Made by a program: the position numbers and the translations under genes. 64,000 nt of DNA from Bacteroidota bacterium (GTDB taxonomy: Bacteria; Bacteroidota; Ignavibacteria; Kapaibacteriales; HRBIN21). Positions 46,949 through 55,803 of this stretch are shown piece after piece. Location of the stretch: positions 125,839 through 189,838 of the forward strand of contig JAUQPL010000004.1 in NCBI GenBank assembly GCA_030550395.1. Reading direction: 5' to 3'. How positions within the stretch are numbered: position 1 is the stretch's first letter; the number at the start of each line of letters is the position of its first letter. Under the pieces are notes generated by a model, which saw only the letters and a list, made by a program, of their open reading frames with translations, was not told where the DNA came from and made no database searches.

Positions 46949-47089
46949 TGCAGTGTGCTTTGCTGGAAGACGAGCTTGGGAACAGACGCAAAATTAGAAA
47001 GCCTGCTCCTTGACTGCGGATTGAGAAGGGGCTTGGTTCGGCAGAGTGTTTCCCTAATTTCGCCCTGTGTCGAATACAGCGGGCGAGAC

Positions 47090-48091
47090 ATGCAGGCATT
47101 AGTGCTGAGGGCAGACAATTTCGGTATTGAGGAGGTGGAGCTACCTGTGCTACGTTCGGGGGAAGCGCGAGTGCGCCTATTGGCGGCAGCGCTTAACCGA
47201 AGGGATGAGTGGATTCGGCAGGGGCGGTATGCACGGATTCGATATCCGGCGATCTTGGGTTCGGATGGCTGCGGGATAGTGGAAGCAGTTGGTTCTGACG
47301 AACATCGGGAGTGGGTGGGGAAGACGGTGATTATCAATCCCAGTATCGGTTGGGGTACCGATCCACGGGCCCAGGGAGCTGACTACGAGATTCTTGGAAT
47401 GCCAAGAGCTGGGACCCTTGCCGAGTATGTCCATGTTCCTGTGGATCGGCTCCATGAAAAGCCGCCGCATATGACCGTGGAGCAAGCAGCAGCGCTTCCA
47501 TTAGCTGGGTTGACGGCATATCGGGCTTTATTCACCCAAGGGAAGCTCCAGCCTCGGCAGAAGGTTCTCATCACTGGTATTGGCGGAGGAGTGGCGGTTT
47601 TCGCTCTTCAATTTGCCGTTGCTGTTGGAGCACGAGTTTTTGTGACCTCTGGGCGCGCGGAGAAATTGGAGCGGGCGCAAGCGCTCGGTGCCATCGGTGG
47701 CGTCAATTACCATCATCCGGAGTGGGAACGCTTGCTGCGAGAGTTCGCCGATGGGGAGTTTGAGCTTGTTGTGGATAGCGCTGGCGGCGAACCTTTCAAT
47801 GCCTTGTTGGGCTTGACGGCTCCTGGGGGTACCATCGTCGTCTACGGAGCGACCTTGGGGACCGTGCCGGCTTTCAATCTCCATCGCCTCTTCTGGCGTC
47901 AGCTTCACATTGTGGGGAGCACAATGGGAACGGATGAGGAATTTGTCGCTATGGTGCGCTTCGTCTGCGAGCACCGTATTGTGCCCGTTGTCGACAGTGT
48001 GTTCCCCTTTGAGCAAGTGATGGATGCCTTTGAGCGCTTGCGTTCCGAGGAACATATGGGAAAAATTGTCGTCCGAATTGCCGAGGCTTAG
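47090..48091 (+). CDS. Zinc-binding alcohol dehydrogenase / quinone oxidoreductase (MDR family)
   Basis: GroES-like N-terminal domain plus a Rossmann fold (ITGIGGGVAVFALQ). The start was refined to MQALVLR at 47090. Confidence 0.8.
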   Translation: MQALVLRADNFGIEEVELPVLRSGEARVRLLAAALNRRDEWIRQGRYARIRYPAILGSDGCGIVEAVGSDEHREWVGKTVIINPSIGWGTDPRAQGADYEILGMPRAGTLAEYVHVPVDRLHEKPPHMTVEQAAALPLAGLTAYRALFTQGKLQPRQKVLITGIGGGVAVFALQFAVAVGARVFVTSGRAEKLERAQALGAIGGVNYHHPEWERLLREFADGEFELVVDSAGGEPFNALLGLTAPGGTIVVYGATLGTVPAFNLHRLFWRQLHIVGSTMGTDEEFVAMVRFVCEHRIVPVVDSVFPFEQVMDAFERLRSEEHMGKIVVRIAEA

Positions 48092-48945
48092 CGTCGTCCG
48101 TAGGTTTGCTCTCGGATGCGTTCCAGCAGCTCCGAATTCTCCGCCGATTGAGGGGTAAGGTTTTGAGAGCGGATGCGGGCAAGGAGGTCGGTGTAAGTGG
48201 CAATTTCCTGTTCTCGTTGTTGGATTTCCCGTTCCAGCTCCCGGCGACGTTGGGCTAACCATTCGGGGTCCGAAAGGGGAAGGCAGAAAGGTTCTTCGGC
48301 ACGAAGTTGCTCCAGCCGACGGCGCTCAACAGTAAGGCGTCGTTCCAGCTGGCTAATTCGGCGGCGCAGATACTCAAGTGAAGCCGGCTCAGATTCTGGC
48401 TCGGCGTCAAGCATTTCGCTGCACAGGAGGAAGTAAAGTTGCCGTAAGTGGTGGATGTTCCGCTCGCGGTAGGCGCGCTGAACCGCTGTCCAGTATCGGC
48501 GGAATTCCTCTGTTTCTGCTCCAGCGGCATCGGGATGGAGCCGTTTGACGAGTAGACGGTAGAGCTTGGGAAACTCTTCGGCCTCTGCTGCAGGAGATTG
48601 TGTCCGGTGCGGTTGTTCAGGAGCATGAAGACGTTCCCATAGGGCTGCAAATTCTCGGGCGACGATTTGTTCCACCAAAGCAAAGGTGCGCTCTGTGATG
48701 GGTTCCCCCCGCTGGAGTTTGACGAGGAGCAGTTCTACACGTCGGCGCAATTGCGCCGCGCGGAGGGAGACATTCTGGAGTTGAAGCTCTAAGGTGCGGA
48801 AGTGGCGTTCGTATTCGGCAAGGAGGGAGGGATAGAGTTCGGTGCGGAGAAAGAAGTATTCCTGCAGTGTCTGCCGCAGGGCATCCTGAAGCTCACGGTA
48901 TCGTTGCCGGAGCTGTTCAATTTCCGGATGGGGAATCGGTTGCAT
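48088..48945 (-). CDS. J-domain (DnaJ-like) protein with long coiled-coil N-terminal region
   Basis: HPD motif in J-domain context (KLYRLLVKRLHPDAAG). The start was refined to MQPIPHPE at 48945, after GGAGGA. Confidence 0.55.
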   Translation of the reverse strand: MQPIPHPEIEQLRQRYRELQDALRQTLQEYFFLRTELYPSLLAEYERHFRTLELQLQNVSLRAAQLRRRVELLLVKLQRGEPITERTFALVEQIVAREFAALWERLHAPEQPHRTQSPAAEAEEFPKLYRLLVKRLHPDAAGAETEEFRRYWTAVQRAYRERNIHHLRQLYFLLCSEMLDAEPESEPASLEYLRRRISQLERRLTVERRRLEQLRAEEPFCLPLSDPEWLAQRRRELEREIQQREQEIATYTDLLARIRSQNLTPQSAENSELLERIREQTYGRR

Positions 48946-49297
48946 AGGGGGATGACTCCTCCGGATGCCACTGTTCGAGCGCCTCAATGGTGAAACGCAG
49001 GTGAGGGATAACAATGGAACCACCAACGATTAGCCCAATGGAGAGAGCTTCGTAAATCTCCTGCCGTGTAGCACCGTAATGCAGAGCTTGGTCCAGGTGG
49101 TAGAGGATGCAGTCGTTGCACCGCAGCACAAGCGACGCCACCAGTCCCATGAGCTCTTTGATGCGGCGTGGCAGTGCTCCCTCCTCGTACGTAGCGCCGT
49201 CTAAAGCGAAAAAGCGACGGAAATGCCGGACGTCGGTAGCCAGGATGGCGGCATTCTGCTGTTTGCGCCGTTGGCGGAACTCTTCCCATAGGGTCAT
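48917..49297 (-). CDS. Carboxymuconolactone decarboxylase (AhpD-like) family protein
   Basis: CMD-family core with a CxxxH-type motif (LRCNDCILYHLDQAL). Confidence 0.7.
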   Translation of the reverse strand: MTLWEEFRQRRKQQNAAILATDVRHFRRFFALDGATYEEGALPRRIKELMGLVASLVLRCNDCILYHLDQALHYGATRQEIYEALSIGLIVGGSIVIPHLRFTIEALEQWHPEESSPYATDSPSGN

Positions 49298-51222
49298 GGG
49301 GAATGCCAGAAAGGTTGCACGAAGCGCCGGCTGGGCGAGTGGACCGAGAACCAGTACACACCTGGTGCGATATCCAGCCGTGGAGAAAAGACGTGCTCAC
49401 CCTGCTGGAGGTGCATTGTAGAGTGCCACACTTCGCGTCCCATAGAATCGTAAAGCCGTAGTTGGTATCCCCCATCTTCGTCGGCAAGGAGGGTGATGGT
49501 GAGTTGGTTGGGGGAGTCGCGTCGGAGTTGGAGCCGGAGGGGGTGTCCCGTTGTTATCGGGGAGAAGGTTCCAGGGCAATGGCTCTGGACGCTGACAAAG
49601 CCGGGGGTAAGTTCCGCACGAAAGGCTTCGGTCCCGTGCCAATCCACCGAGAGAATTTCCATCGGTGCCCCAGGAGGTATGCCTTCCAGATAACGCAGGG
49701 CAAGGCGGAAGAGAGTATCGGTTGCTCGGAGTCGTGTCTCGTAGTGCACGGTGTCCCAGGTACGAGGGACACTTTCGCCCTCTCGTTCCAAAAGCCATGC
49801 GGGTATGCGCAGCGTAATGCGACAGGCGAAGCTATCGGTCTGCAGCAGGGGAATCCAATCGTAATCTTCGTGGAGTACGGGAAGGAAGTCCCGCTTCCCG
49901 GCGACTCCGGCCAGCGACGGTAGTCGGAGCCGTATAGGGTACTTGAGCACGACGGCGAGGGTATCTTCCCTGCTCTGCTCTATCCCACTTGCCCAGAGAC
50001 GGATAGCGGAATCCCGTCCGACGGACACGATGAGCTTCCCATCCAGGGAGTAGTCAACGGAGAGTACCTGTCCGCCGTGCCAGAGGATGGGATTCAGCGG
50101 GGTCCCCGAAGGAGTCCATTGGCGCACAGTGCTATCCAAGGAACCCGAGACAATACGGCGCCCCCATGGCAGCGCTCGTACGGATCGGACGTGGAAGCGG
50201 TGCCCAATTGCTTGAGAACGTTCCCGTCCTGTCCGTGAGTCCCACAGGCGCACTACTCGGTCTACCCCACCCGAGGCCAGGAGCTGTTCCTCGGTGCCGA
50301 AGCTGAGGCTCCAGATAACTCGGTTGCCCGTTGAGTCCCCGTGTTGTCCGAGTCGGTGCATCGGCTGTCCGGGCTGTTGCCATTGGCGCAGGTAGACAAT
50401 ACCGTCATTGCCTCCGTAGGCTATCAGGGCGCCGTCCGGAGAGAAGGCGACGCTATACCAGGAACTCACCCCCGGCTCACCCCAACATACGAGCGGTTGG
50501 CGAGATTCCAAGTCCCAAAGGCAGATGAGGGAATCATCGGCTGCTGTTGCCGCGTACCGCCCCGAGGGGTGGATTGCTAAATCGCGGATAAAGCTGCGGT
50601 GAATCCCAAAACCAAAGATCGTACGCTGCCCGCTGATGCGATCGTATAGCAGCAGCAAGGAATCAACAGTGATGAGCAGGCGGCTCGAATCCCTGACGAA
50701 GGCGGCACTGTTCAGGGAGGTTGTTCGGGTGCCGAGAATCAAGACATCGGCTGCTTCCAATGTTGCGGTATTCCAGAGCTTGACGACCCCGTCCTCCCCC
50801 GTGGTTACGATGTATGTTCCATCAGGGGAGAAACGGGCGCAGCGGATCGGTGCTTGGTGGGCTTTTTTGCGTTCGCGTATCGGCACGGGCGTTGCCCCGT
50901 ACTCTAAGCGCAGGCGGAGCAGGAGTTGCACGGTATCTACTGCCGGGACATTCCACAGGAAGCGGTCGGTAGGATTGTCAAGGAAGAGAGGTTGCCACGT
51001 CTTCCCGGTGTCTGTGGAATACCACACACTGGCGCTGGAGAATTGTCCCCCTTGCCAATGGAGGAAAAGGGGGCGACCCATAAGGACAGTGTCGCCCGGC
51101 TGTGGGGAAAGCCACTGTGCTTCTCCTGTGAGGGTTCCTACGATGAGGAGACCAACCAACGTGGGCTTACGGTGGAGGAGTGGTCTCATCCTTACGGAGC
51201 CGCCGGGATAGGGCCACTTCAA
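49294..51222 (-). CDS. WD40-repeat beta-propeller protein with T9SS C-terminal sorting domain
   Basis: Multiple WD repeats (VKLWN, ICLWD, VRLWD, IRLWA) and a C-terminal ~80 aa Por_Secre_tail-like region (..YQLRLYDSMGREV..GVYWFSV..). Confidence 0.65.
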   Translation of the reverse strand: MKWPYPGGSVRMRPLLHRKPTLVGLLIVGTLTGEAQWLSPQPGDTVLMGRPLFLHWQGGQFSSASVWYSTDTGKTWQPLFLDNPTDRFLWNVPAVDTVQLLLRLRLEYGATPVPIRERKKAHQAPIRCARFSPDGTYIVTTGEDGVVKLWNTATLEAADVLILGTRTTSLNSAAFVRDSSRLLITVDSLLLLYDRISGQRTIFGFGIHRSFIRDLAIHPSGRYAATAADDSLICLWDLESRQPLVCWGEPGVSSWYSVAFSPDGALIAYGGNDGIVYLRQWQQPGQPMHRLGQHGDSTGNRVIWSLSFGTEEQLLASGGVDRVVRLWDSRTGRERSQAIGHRFHVRSVRALPWGRRIVSGSLDSTVRQWTPSGTPLNPILWHGGQVLSVDYSLDGKLIVSVGRDSAIRLWASGIEQSREDTLAVVLKYPIRLRLPSLAGVAGKRDFLPVLHEDYDWIPLLQTDSFACRITLRIPAWLLEREGESVPRTWDTVHYETRLRATDTLFRLALRYLEGIPPGAPMEILSVDWHGTEAFRAELTPGFVSVQSHCPGTFSPITTGHPLRLQLRRDSPNQLTITLLADEDGGYQLRLYDSMGREVWHSTMHLQQGEHVFSPRLDIAPGVYWFSVHSPSRRFVQPFWHSP

Positions 51223-53257
51223 CTGCCGCTAGTATGAGGGCAAGACCCAAGCAGTATTGCCACAGTTCCGTCGCCTCTATTCCCTCTATGGATAGCGAGA
51301 GCAGCTTCTCCGGCGAGGGGATATATCGGAACGAAGCGGCTGGACTTAAGACCTGACGGAACCACGCGGCGATAGTCTCCTGGTCTGCGTGCTCTAATTG
51401 TAGTTCAGCCGCGGGAAGATTTGCATTGACTGTGGCAACAGGAGCACCTTGGAGAGTTGCCAGTTCGTAAGTCCCAATGTCCCTGAGCTGCCCCAATTCT
51501 ATGCGAGTTCCCGAGCTTAAGGGAAGCGAAGGCACAGTTCGCCGGCTCCCGTTAGGCTCGCGCACGGTGAAGGCATCTGCTGAGGTCGGTAACGTCAATG
51601 CTACTTGTTCACCACTGCTGCGGAAGAAGACAGGTGCTGCAGCCGGACCGGCAAGGAGAACAGCGCGCACCAAAAATATTGGGAAAAGCCCACTGCGGGG
51701 AAAGTCGCCCCATGTCGGATCGACAGCAAGCCCGCAGAAAAAAAGATGTCCTTGCCCGATGCGCTGTTCGGCAAGGACGGCTCCGGCGGAGCTCCGGAGC
51801 AGCGGAACGGTGCCGCTGAGAAGCATCAGGCGCTCCAGACGTGGAGTCTCTGGCAGGCGTTCCCCATCGCTTTCTCCAATAAAGACCCCCGCAAAGAGCG
51901 GATGGTGCTTATCAGCCCAGGTCACAGTCGCTGGCTGTGTTGGAGGAAAGCTCCGTTGCTGTGCTGTAAGTCCAAAGCGGGCAAGCCATCTGGGCAGAAG
52001 GTCAGCGGACTGACCGCCTGCTGCAAACAGAACGACTCCACCGCCAGCTCGGAGGAAGGCTTCGATCCGCTGTAGAGACACTTCCCGGAGGTCATCGGTA
52101 GCAATGACCAGTACTCGGAAAGCACTGAGATTCTCCGCTTCTAAAGCGGTGGATGAGAGCACCTGTGGTTGAAAGGGAAGTACTTGGGCAGGGAAGGCAG
52201 AGAGGGCAGCTTCTATGAAGGGGCGGGCAGCTTCATTGGTAATGACCCCTACGGGGAATGGCTCTGGCACGGCAAAGCCCGCAAAGCAGCGCTCCCCAAT
52301 AGGAGCAACATCCCCTTCGGCGATGACAACGGCGGAGGTGAAGCCCGGACGGAGAGGAGTACCCGTTAATGTGAGAGTTCGCCTCTCTCCGGCGCGGAGG
52401 GCAACATGCTGTTGGGCAACCCGCTCCTGTCCCAACAAGAGTCCAATCATCGCTTCTGCCGTGCCTTCTCCGAAGGCACGGACTCGGACTGTTACGGTGA
52501 CCGGCTCCCCAAGGGCGCGCAACTGTGTTTCCAGAGCTACAGAATCAAGAACAAGCACAGCACGGGACAGCTTCGCTTCACCTAAATCAACAGCGTGCAC
52601 GCTGGTGCGGCCATCAAAAAGATGCATCTCTGGCGGTGCTTCTGCGAGAGCACTTCTTTGGAAATCGCTCAATACGAGGACAAAACGATGGGCATGAGAA
52701 GACCGGTTGAGGAGAAGAGCCGCTCGCTGGAGTGCTTGGCTCAGGTTTCCCTGACTCGGCTGTGGGTTTAGAGCGGAGAGTAATCTCAAGACCTCCCCGC
52801 GAGGGCTGTCCCACCCCTCCGCCTGTGCTGGCGCGTTGGGAATGACAGGCACAATGGCAACCTCATCTTCTGCCGAAAGCGAGCGGATGAGGCGTTCAGC
52901 ATACTGTTGGAGTCGCCGGAAGCGTTCGCCCTGGACATCGGCGATACCCATGCTGGCGGAGTTGTCCACGATGAGCACAACGCTGGCGGGGGCTCGGGTC
53001 CCCACCAGGGGGATTTTTCCTGGAATAACCGGTTGGGCAAAGGCCAGAACGATAGAGGCTATCAAAGCCATCCGCACAGCTAAGAGCAAGAGCTGTCGGA
53101 GCCGGAAGCGGCGAGCCGTGCTCCGTTGGAGTTCCTTCAGGAAACGCAGAGAGCTGAACGGGAATGGGCGGGGCTTCCGCAGTGTGAGGAAATGCAGCAG
53201 CAGTGGAACAAGCGTTGCTGCTAACGCTACCAACGCAAGGGGATTGAGGAAATTCAT
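51167..53257 (-). CDS. BatA-type N-terminal double-TM + von Willebrand factor A (VWA) domain protein
   Basis: N-terminus MNFLNPLALVALAATLVPLLLHFL..; VWA MIDAS motif (VVLIVDNSASMG). Confidence 0.7.
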   Translation of the reverse strand: MNFLNPLALVALAATLVPLLLHFLTLRKPRPFPFSSLRFLKELQRSTARRFRLRQLLLLAVRMALIASIVLAFAQPVIPGKIPLVGTRAPASVVLIVDNSASMGIADVQGERFRRLQQYAERLIRSLSAEDEVAIVPVIPNAPAQAEGWDSPRGEVLRLLSALNPQPSQGNLSQALQRAALLLNRSSHAHRFVLVLSDFQRSALAEAPPEMHLFDGRTSVHAVDLGEAKLSRAVLVLDSVALETQLRALGEPVTVTVRVRAFGEGTAEAMIGLLLGQERVAQQHVALRAGERRTLTLTGTPLRPGFTSAVVIAEGDVAPIGERCFAGFAVPEPFPVGVITNEAARPFIEAALSAFPAQVLPFQPQVLSSTALEAENLSAFRVLVIATDDLREVSLQRIEAFLRAGGGVVLFAAGGQSADLLPRWLARFGLTAQQRSFPPTQPATVTWADKHHPLFAGVFIGESDGERLPETPRLERLMLLSGTVPLLRSSAGAVLAEQRIGQGHLFFCGLAVDPTWGDFPRSGLFPIFLVRAVLLAGPAAAPVFFRSSGEQVALTLPTSADAFTVREPNGSRRTVPSLPLSSGTRIELGQLRDIGTYELATLQGAPVATVNANLPAAELQLEHADQETIAAWFRQVLSPAASFRYIPSPEKLLSLSIEGIEATELWQYCLGLALILAAVEVALSRRLRKDETTPPP

Positions 53258-53324
53258 AAATCCGCCGCTTTAGCTACTTCAGGGCTGCATAGACGAAGCC
53301 TTTGGCAGCGCCGTGCAGTTGAGG

Positions 53325-54803
53325 CTAAAATGGTGTGTCCTCTTCGTACGGAGGAGGCGGCGGTTCGGGGTAGTGGATGGCTAAATTCTCAAAGCGAGCG
53401 AAGTCCCGCAGATATGCCAAGCGTACTTCTCCGACGGGACCATTCCGTTGCTTGCCGACAATGATTTCCGCTGTCCCTTCCGTTGGAGTACCGTCGTCGT
53501 ACGTAGTGATGCCGTACATTTCCGGACGGTGGACGAAGATAACCACGTCGGCATCCTGCTCCAGCGAACCCGACTCCCGCAAGTCCGCCAGCATGGGGCG
53601 TTTATCGGCACGGGATTCCACAGAGCGGTTCAACTGCGCCAGGGCGACAACGGGGATTTCCAACTCCTTTGCCATCATCTTCAACGAGCGGGAAATGAGG
53701 GCCACTTCGCGCTCGCGGCTTTCCGCCTTTGGTGGATGAACCAGCTGGAGGTAGTCCACAATGACCAGCTGTACGTTGTGTTCAGCGCGGAGGCGGCGCG
53801 ATTTTGCCCGTAGTTCTAGGAGGGAGAGCATAGGGGTATCGTCCACAAAAATTGGGGCTTCTGCCAGCCGACCTGTTGCCTGCACAATCCGGGGCATCAT
53901 CTCTGGGGTGATCCGCCCCGTGCGTAGGCGATGTAGGTCTATCTGGGCTTCTGCCGAAAGGAGGCGCAGCATCAACTGCTGGGCGGACATTTCCAGAGAG
54001 AAGATGGCGACCGGAATCCGGTGTTCAACGGCTATATTCCGCGCAATAGAGAGTGCCAGAGCGGTCTTCCCCATCGAGGGACGTCCGGCGATGACGATAA
54101 AATCGGAGCGCTGGAACCCCCCCAGGAGTTCATCTAGCCGGATGTAGCCGGTTGGGATACCAGTGACCCCATGGCGGGCATTGCGTTCGATAAGGTGGGT
54201 GAGAGTCTCAAACGTGTTTCGCGCCAATACGCGGAGCGGCAGAGCGCTTTGTCGCAAGCGCTTTTCGGCAATCTCAAAGATGGCGCTTTCGGCGCGGTCC
54301 AGCTCTTCCAGTGCATCGGTACCCTCATCGTAGCAAGCGTGGAGGATTTCCGCCGCTGTTCGGATGAGACTTCGCTTGAAATAGTGCTCCAGTACGATGC
54401 GGGCATAGTGTTCGACAGCTCCAACCGAGGGGACTCGTAGGCTCAGCTCTGCCAGGTACGCCGTGCCCCCGACGTTTTCCAAAATCCCCCGCCGACGCAG
54501 TTCTTCGGCAACAGTCAGCGCATCGACGGTTGTTCCTCGTTCAAACAGCGAGACCATCGTAGCGAACAAAAGCTGGTGTGCCTCGCGGTAGAAGCATTCC
54601 GGTTCCAACAGCTCTATGGCTTTCGTCAAGGCGGCTCGGTCGAGCAACATTGCTCCAAGGACCGCCATTTCGGCCTCTACCGAGTGAGGCGGTATACGCT
54701 CACTGATTCGTTCCAAGGGGATGATCTCCGCCCGTCGGCGTCCTGAGCGGAGGAACTTCTCCAGGGGATATCCTGCTGTCTCCTCCATCCCTTCCGCTAC
54801 CAT
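53325..54803 (-). CDS. dnaB: Replicative DNA helicase DnaB
   Basis: DnaB N-terminal domain, Walker A (GRPSMGKTALAL), RecA-like C-terminal domain. The start was refined to MVAEGMEE; the upstream ORF-track extension is low-complexity and overlaps the neighbouring gene. Confidence 0.9.
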   Translation of the reverse strand: MVAEGMEETAGYPLEKFLRSGRRRAEIIPLERISERIPPHSVEAEMAVLGAMLLDRAALTKAIELLEPECFYREAHQLLFATMVSLFERGTTVDALTVAEELRRRGILENVGGTAYLAELSLRVPSVGAVEHYARIVLEHYFKRSLIRTAAEILHACYDEGTDALEELDRAESAIFEIAEKRLRQSALPLRVLARNTFETLTHLIERNARHGVTGIPTGYIRLDELLGGFQRSDFIVIAGRPSMGKTALALSIARNIAVEHRIPVAIFSLEMSAQQLMLRLLSAEAQIDLHRLRTGRITPEMMPRIVQATGRLAEAPIFVDDTPMLSLLELRAKSRRLRAEHNVQLVIVDYLQLVHPPKAESREREVALISRSLKMMAKELEIPVVALAQLNRSVESRADKRPMLADLRESGSLEQDADVVIFVHRPEMYGITTYDDGTPTEGTAEIIVGKQRNGPVGEVRLAYLRDFARFENLAIHYPEPPPPPYEEDTPF

Positions 54804-54833
54804 AGGACAGTCCTCCTGTAGGTGGGCTTGGCT

Positions 54834-54841
54834 CAAAAATA
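54834..54841 (-). promoter_or_regulatory. Candidate -7 element TATTTTTG upstream of dnaB (minus strand)
   Basis: An exact TAnnTTTG on the minus strand ending ~31 nt before the dnaB ATG. It is embedded in the 13-mer AAAATACACAAAA that recurs at 62247-62259. Confidence 0.45.
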
Positions 54842-54921
54842 CACAAAAGCGGAGTGCGAGGGGTGAGCACATTTTGCCAGGACTGGTCACTTTGCAGGAG
54901 CCGTGGAAGAATCCCCTGTTC

Positions 54922-55803
54922 TCACCCCTCCGTATTTGTTGGGAAGCGGTTAAGCAGTTCGAGCAAGCGGCTGTAGTGCTCAGGTAGGAGGAGATTGTGC
55001 TGGCGGGCGATAGAGCCAATGGCAGCCAGGAGATGGCCATATGCTTCTGCTTCGGCGGGGGACAGAGCCTGGAGGTGACGCTGGAGGGTATCCCAGTCGC
55101 CACGGACAATTGGTCCGGTAAGAGGTGGTGGACCCGGAGAGGCGAAGACATTGGAGAGAGCCGTGGAGGCGATAGGTTGCAGGAAGAGTGCGTCGGGGAT
55201 ATTTGCTCTGCGGGCAAGCTGGCGTGCCAGTAGGAGGATGGCTACAAGGGCATTGGAAGCCACCACAGCGGCGGCATGGTAGAGGGCACGCCGTTGTGCA
55301 TCAATGTGGGCGAGGACAATGGGGATTCCGTCCAAGGCGCGCACAACTGTGGCAAGCTGTTGCTGGGTCTGCGCATGCGGGCTTTCAATGAGCCAGCCAA
55401 TACACCGCAGGAGCTGGGGTTGCGGGGGCAGTGGGAAAGTCTGGAATGGATGAGCACAGCCCCAGCGGAGTTCTCCTGCCCACGGTTGGAAGGGTTCCCC
55501 ACCGAGGCTCCCAGCCGTGTGCACAAGGCTTGTCTGACGTAGGAATTGCAAACCCAGGGCGTGGATGCACTCGGCAACAACGGTTGCAATCTGGTGGTCG
55601 GGCACAGTCAGCCACAACAGCTCGACTGGGGGAAGTTCCTCCCAGCGGTCGGCGTAGGGTAGAGCGTGGGTATGCGCCCAGTGTGCATGCTCGTGGGAGC
55701 GCCCTTTGACGAAGCGGAGACATCCTCTGCGGTGGAAGGCCAGGGCCAAAGTCCTACCCAATCGCCCTAGTCCGATGAGCCCGCACGTGGGTAGCTCGCT
55801 CAT
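54922..55803 (-). CDS. Rossmann-fold / DUF2520-like putative oxidoreductase
   Basis: An N-terminal GxGxxG (IGLGRLGRTLA). The start ATG overlaps the cysS stop (ATGA). Confidence 0.55.
   Translation of the reverse strand: MSELPTCGLIGLGRLGRTLALAFHRRGCLRFVKGRSHEHAHWAHTHALPYADRWEELPPVELLWLTVPDHQIATVVAECIHALGLQFLRQTSLVHTAGSLGGEPFQPWAGELRWGCAHPFQTFPLPPQPQLLRCIGWLIESPHAQTQQQLATVVRALDGIPIVLAHIDAQRRALYHAAAVVASNALVAILLLARQLARRANIPDALFLQPIASTALSNVFASPGPPPLTGPIVRGDWDTLQRHLQALSPAEAEAYGHLLAAIGSIARQHNLLLPEHYSRLLELLNRFPTNTEG

Noticed and set aside
46776-46997. 73-aa plus-strand ORF in the intergenic island (MHYRLAPFSWRAISRAIRSRCRVRSC...)
   Set aside because: It has an extremely Arg/Cys-rich, low-complexity translation with no recognisable fold. 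It overlaps the more protein-like minus-strand 55-aa HTH ORF, so it is probably a GC-rich frame artefact.
54804-55217. A 137-codon N-terminal extension of the dnaB ORF in the six-frame track
   Set aside because: Its S/P-rich low-complexity translation has no homology to DnaB N-terminal regions, and it overlaps the DUF2520-like gene on the same strand in another frame. An in-frame ATG preceded by a TAnnTTTG motif gives a normal-length DnaB. It is not an intein, having no Hint/endonuclease motifs.
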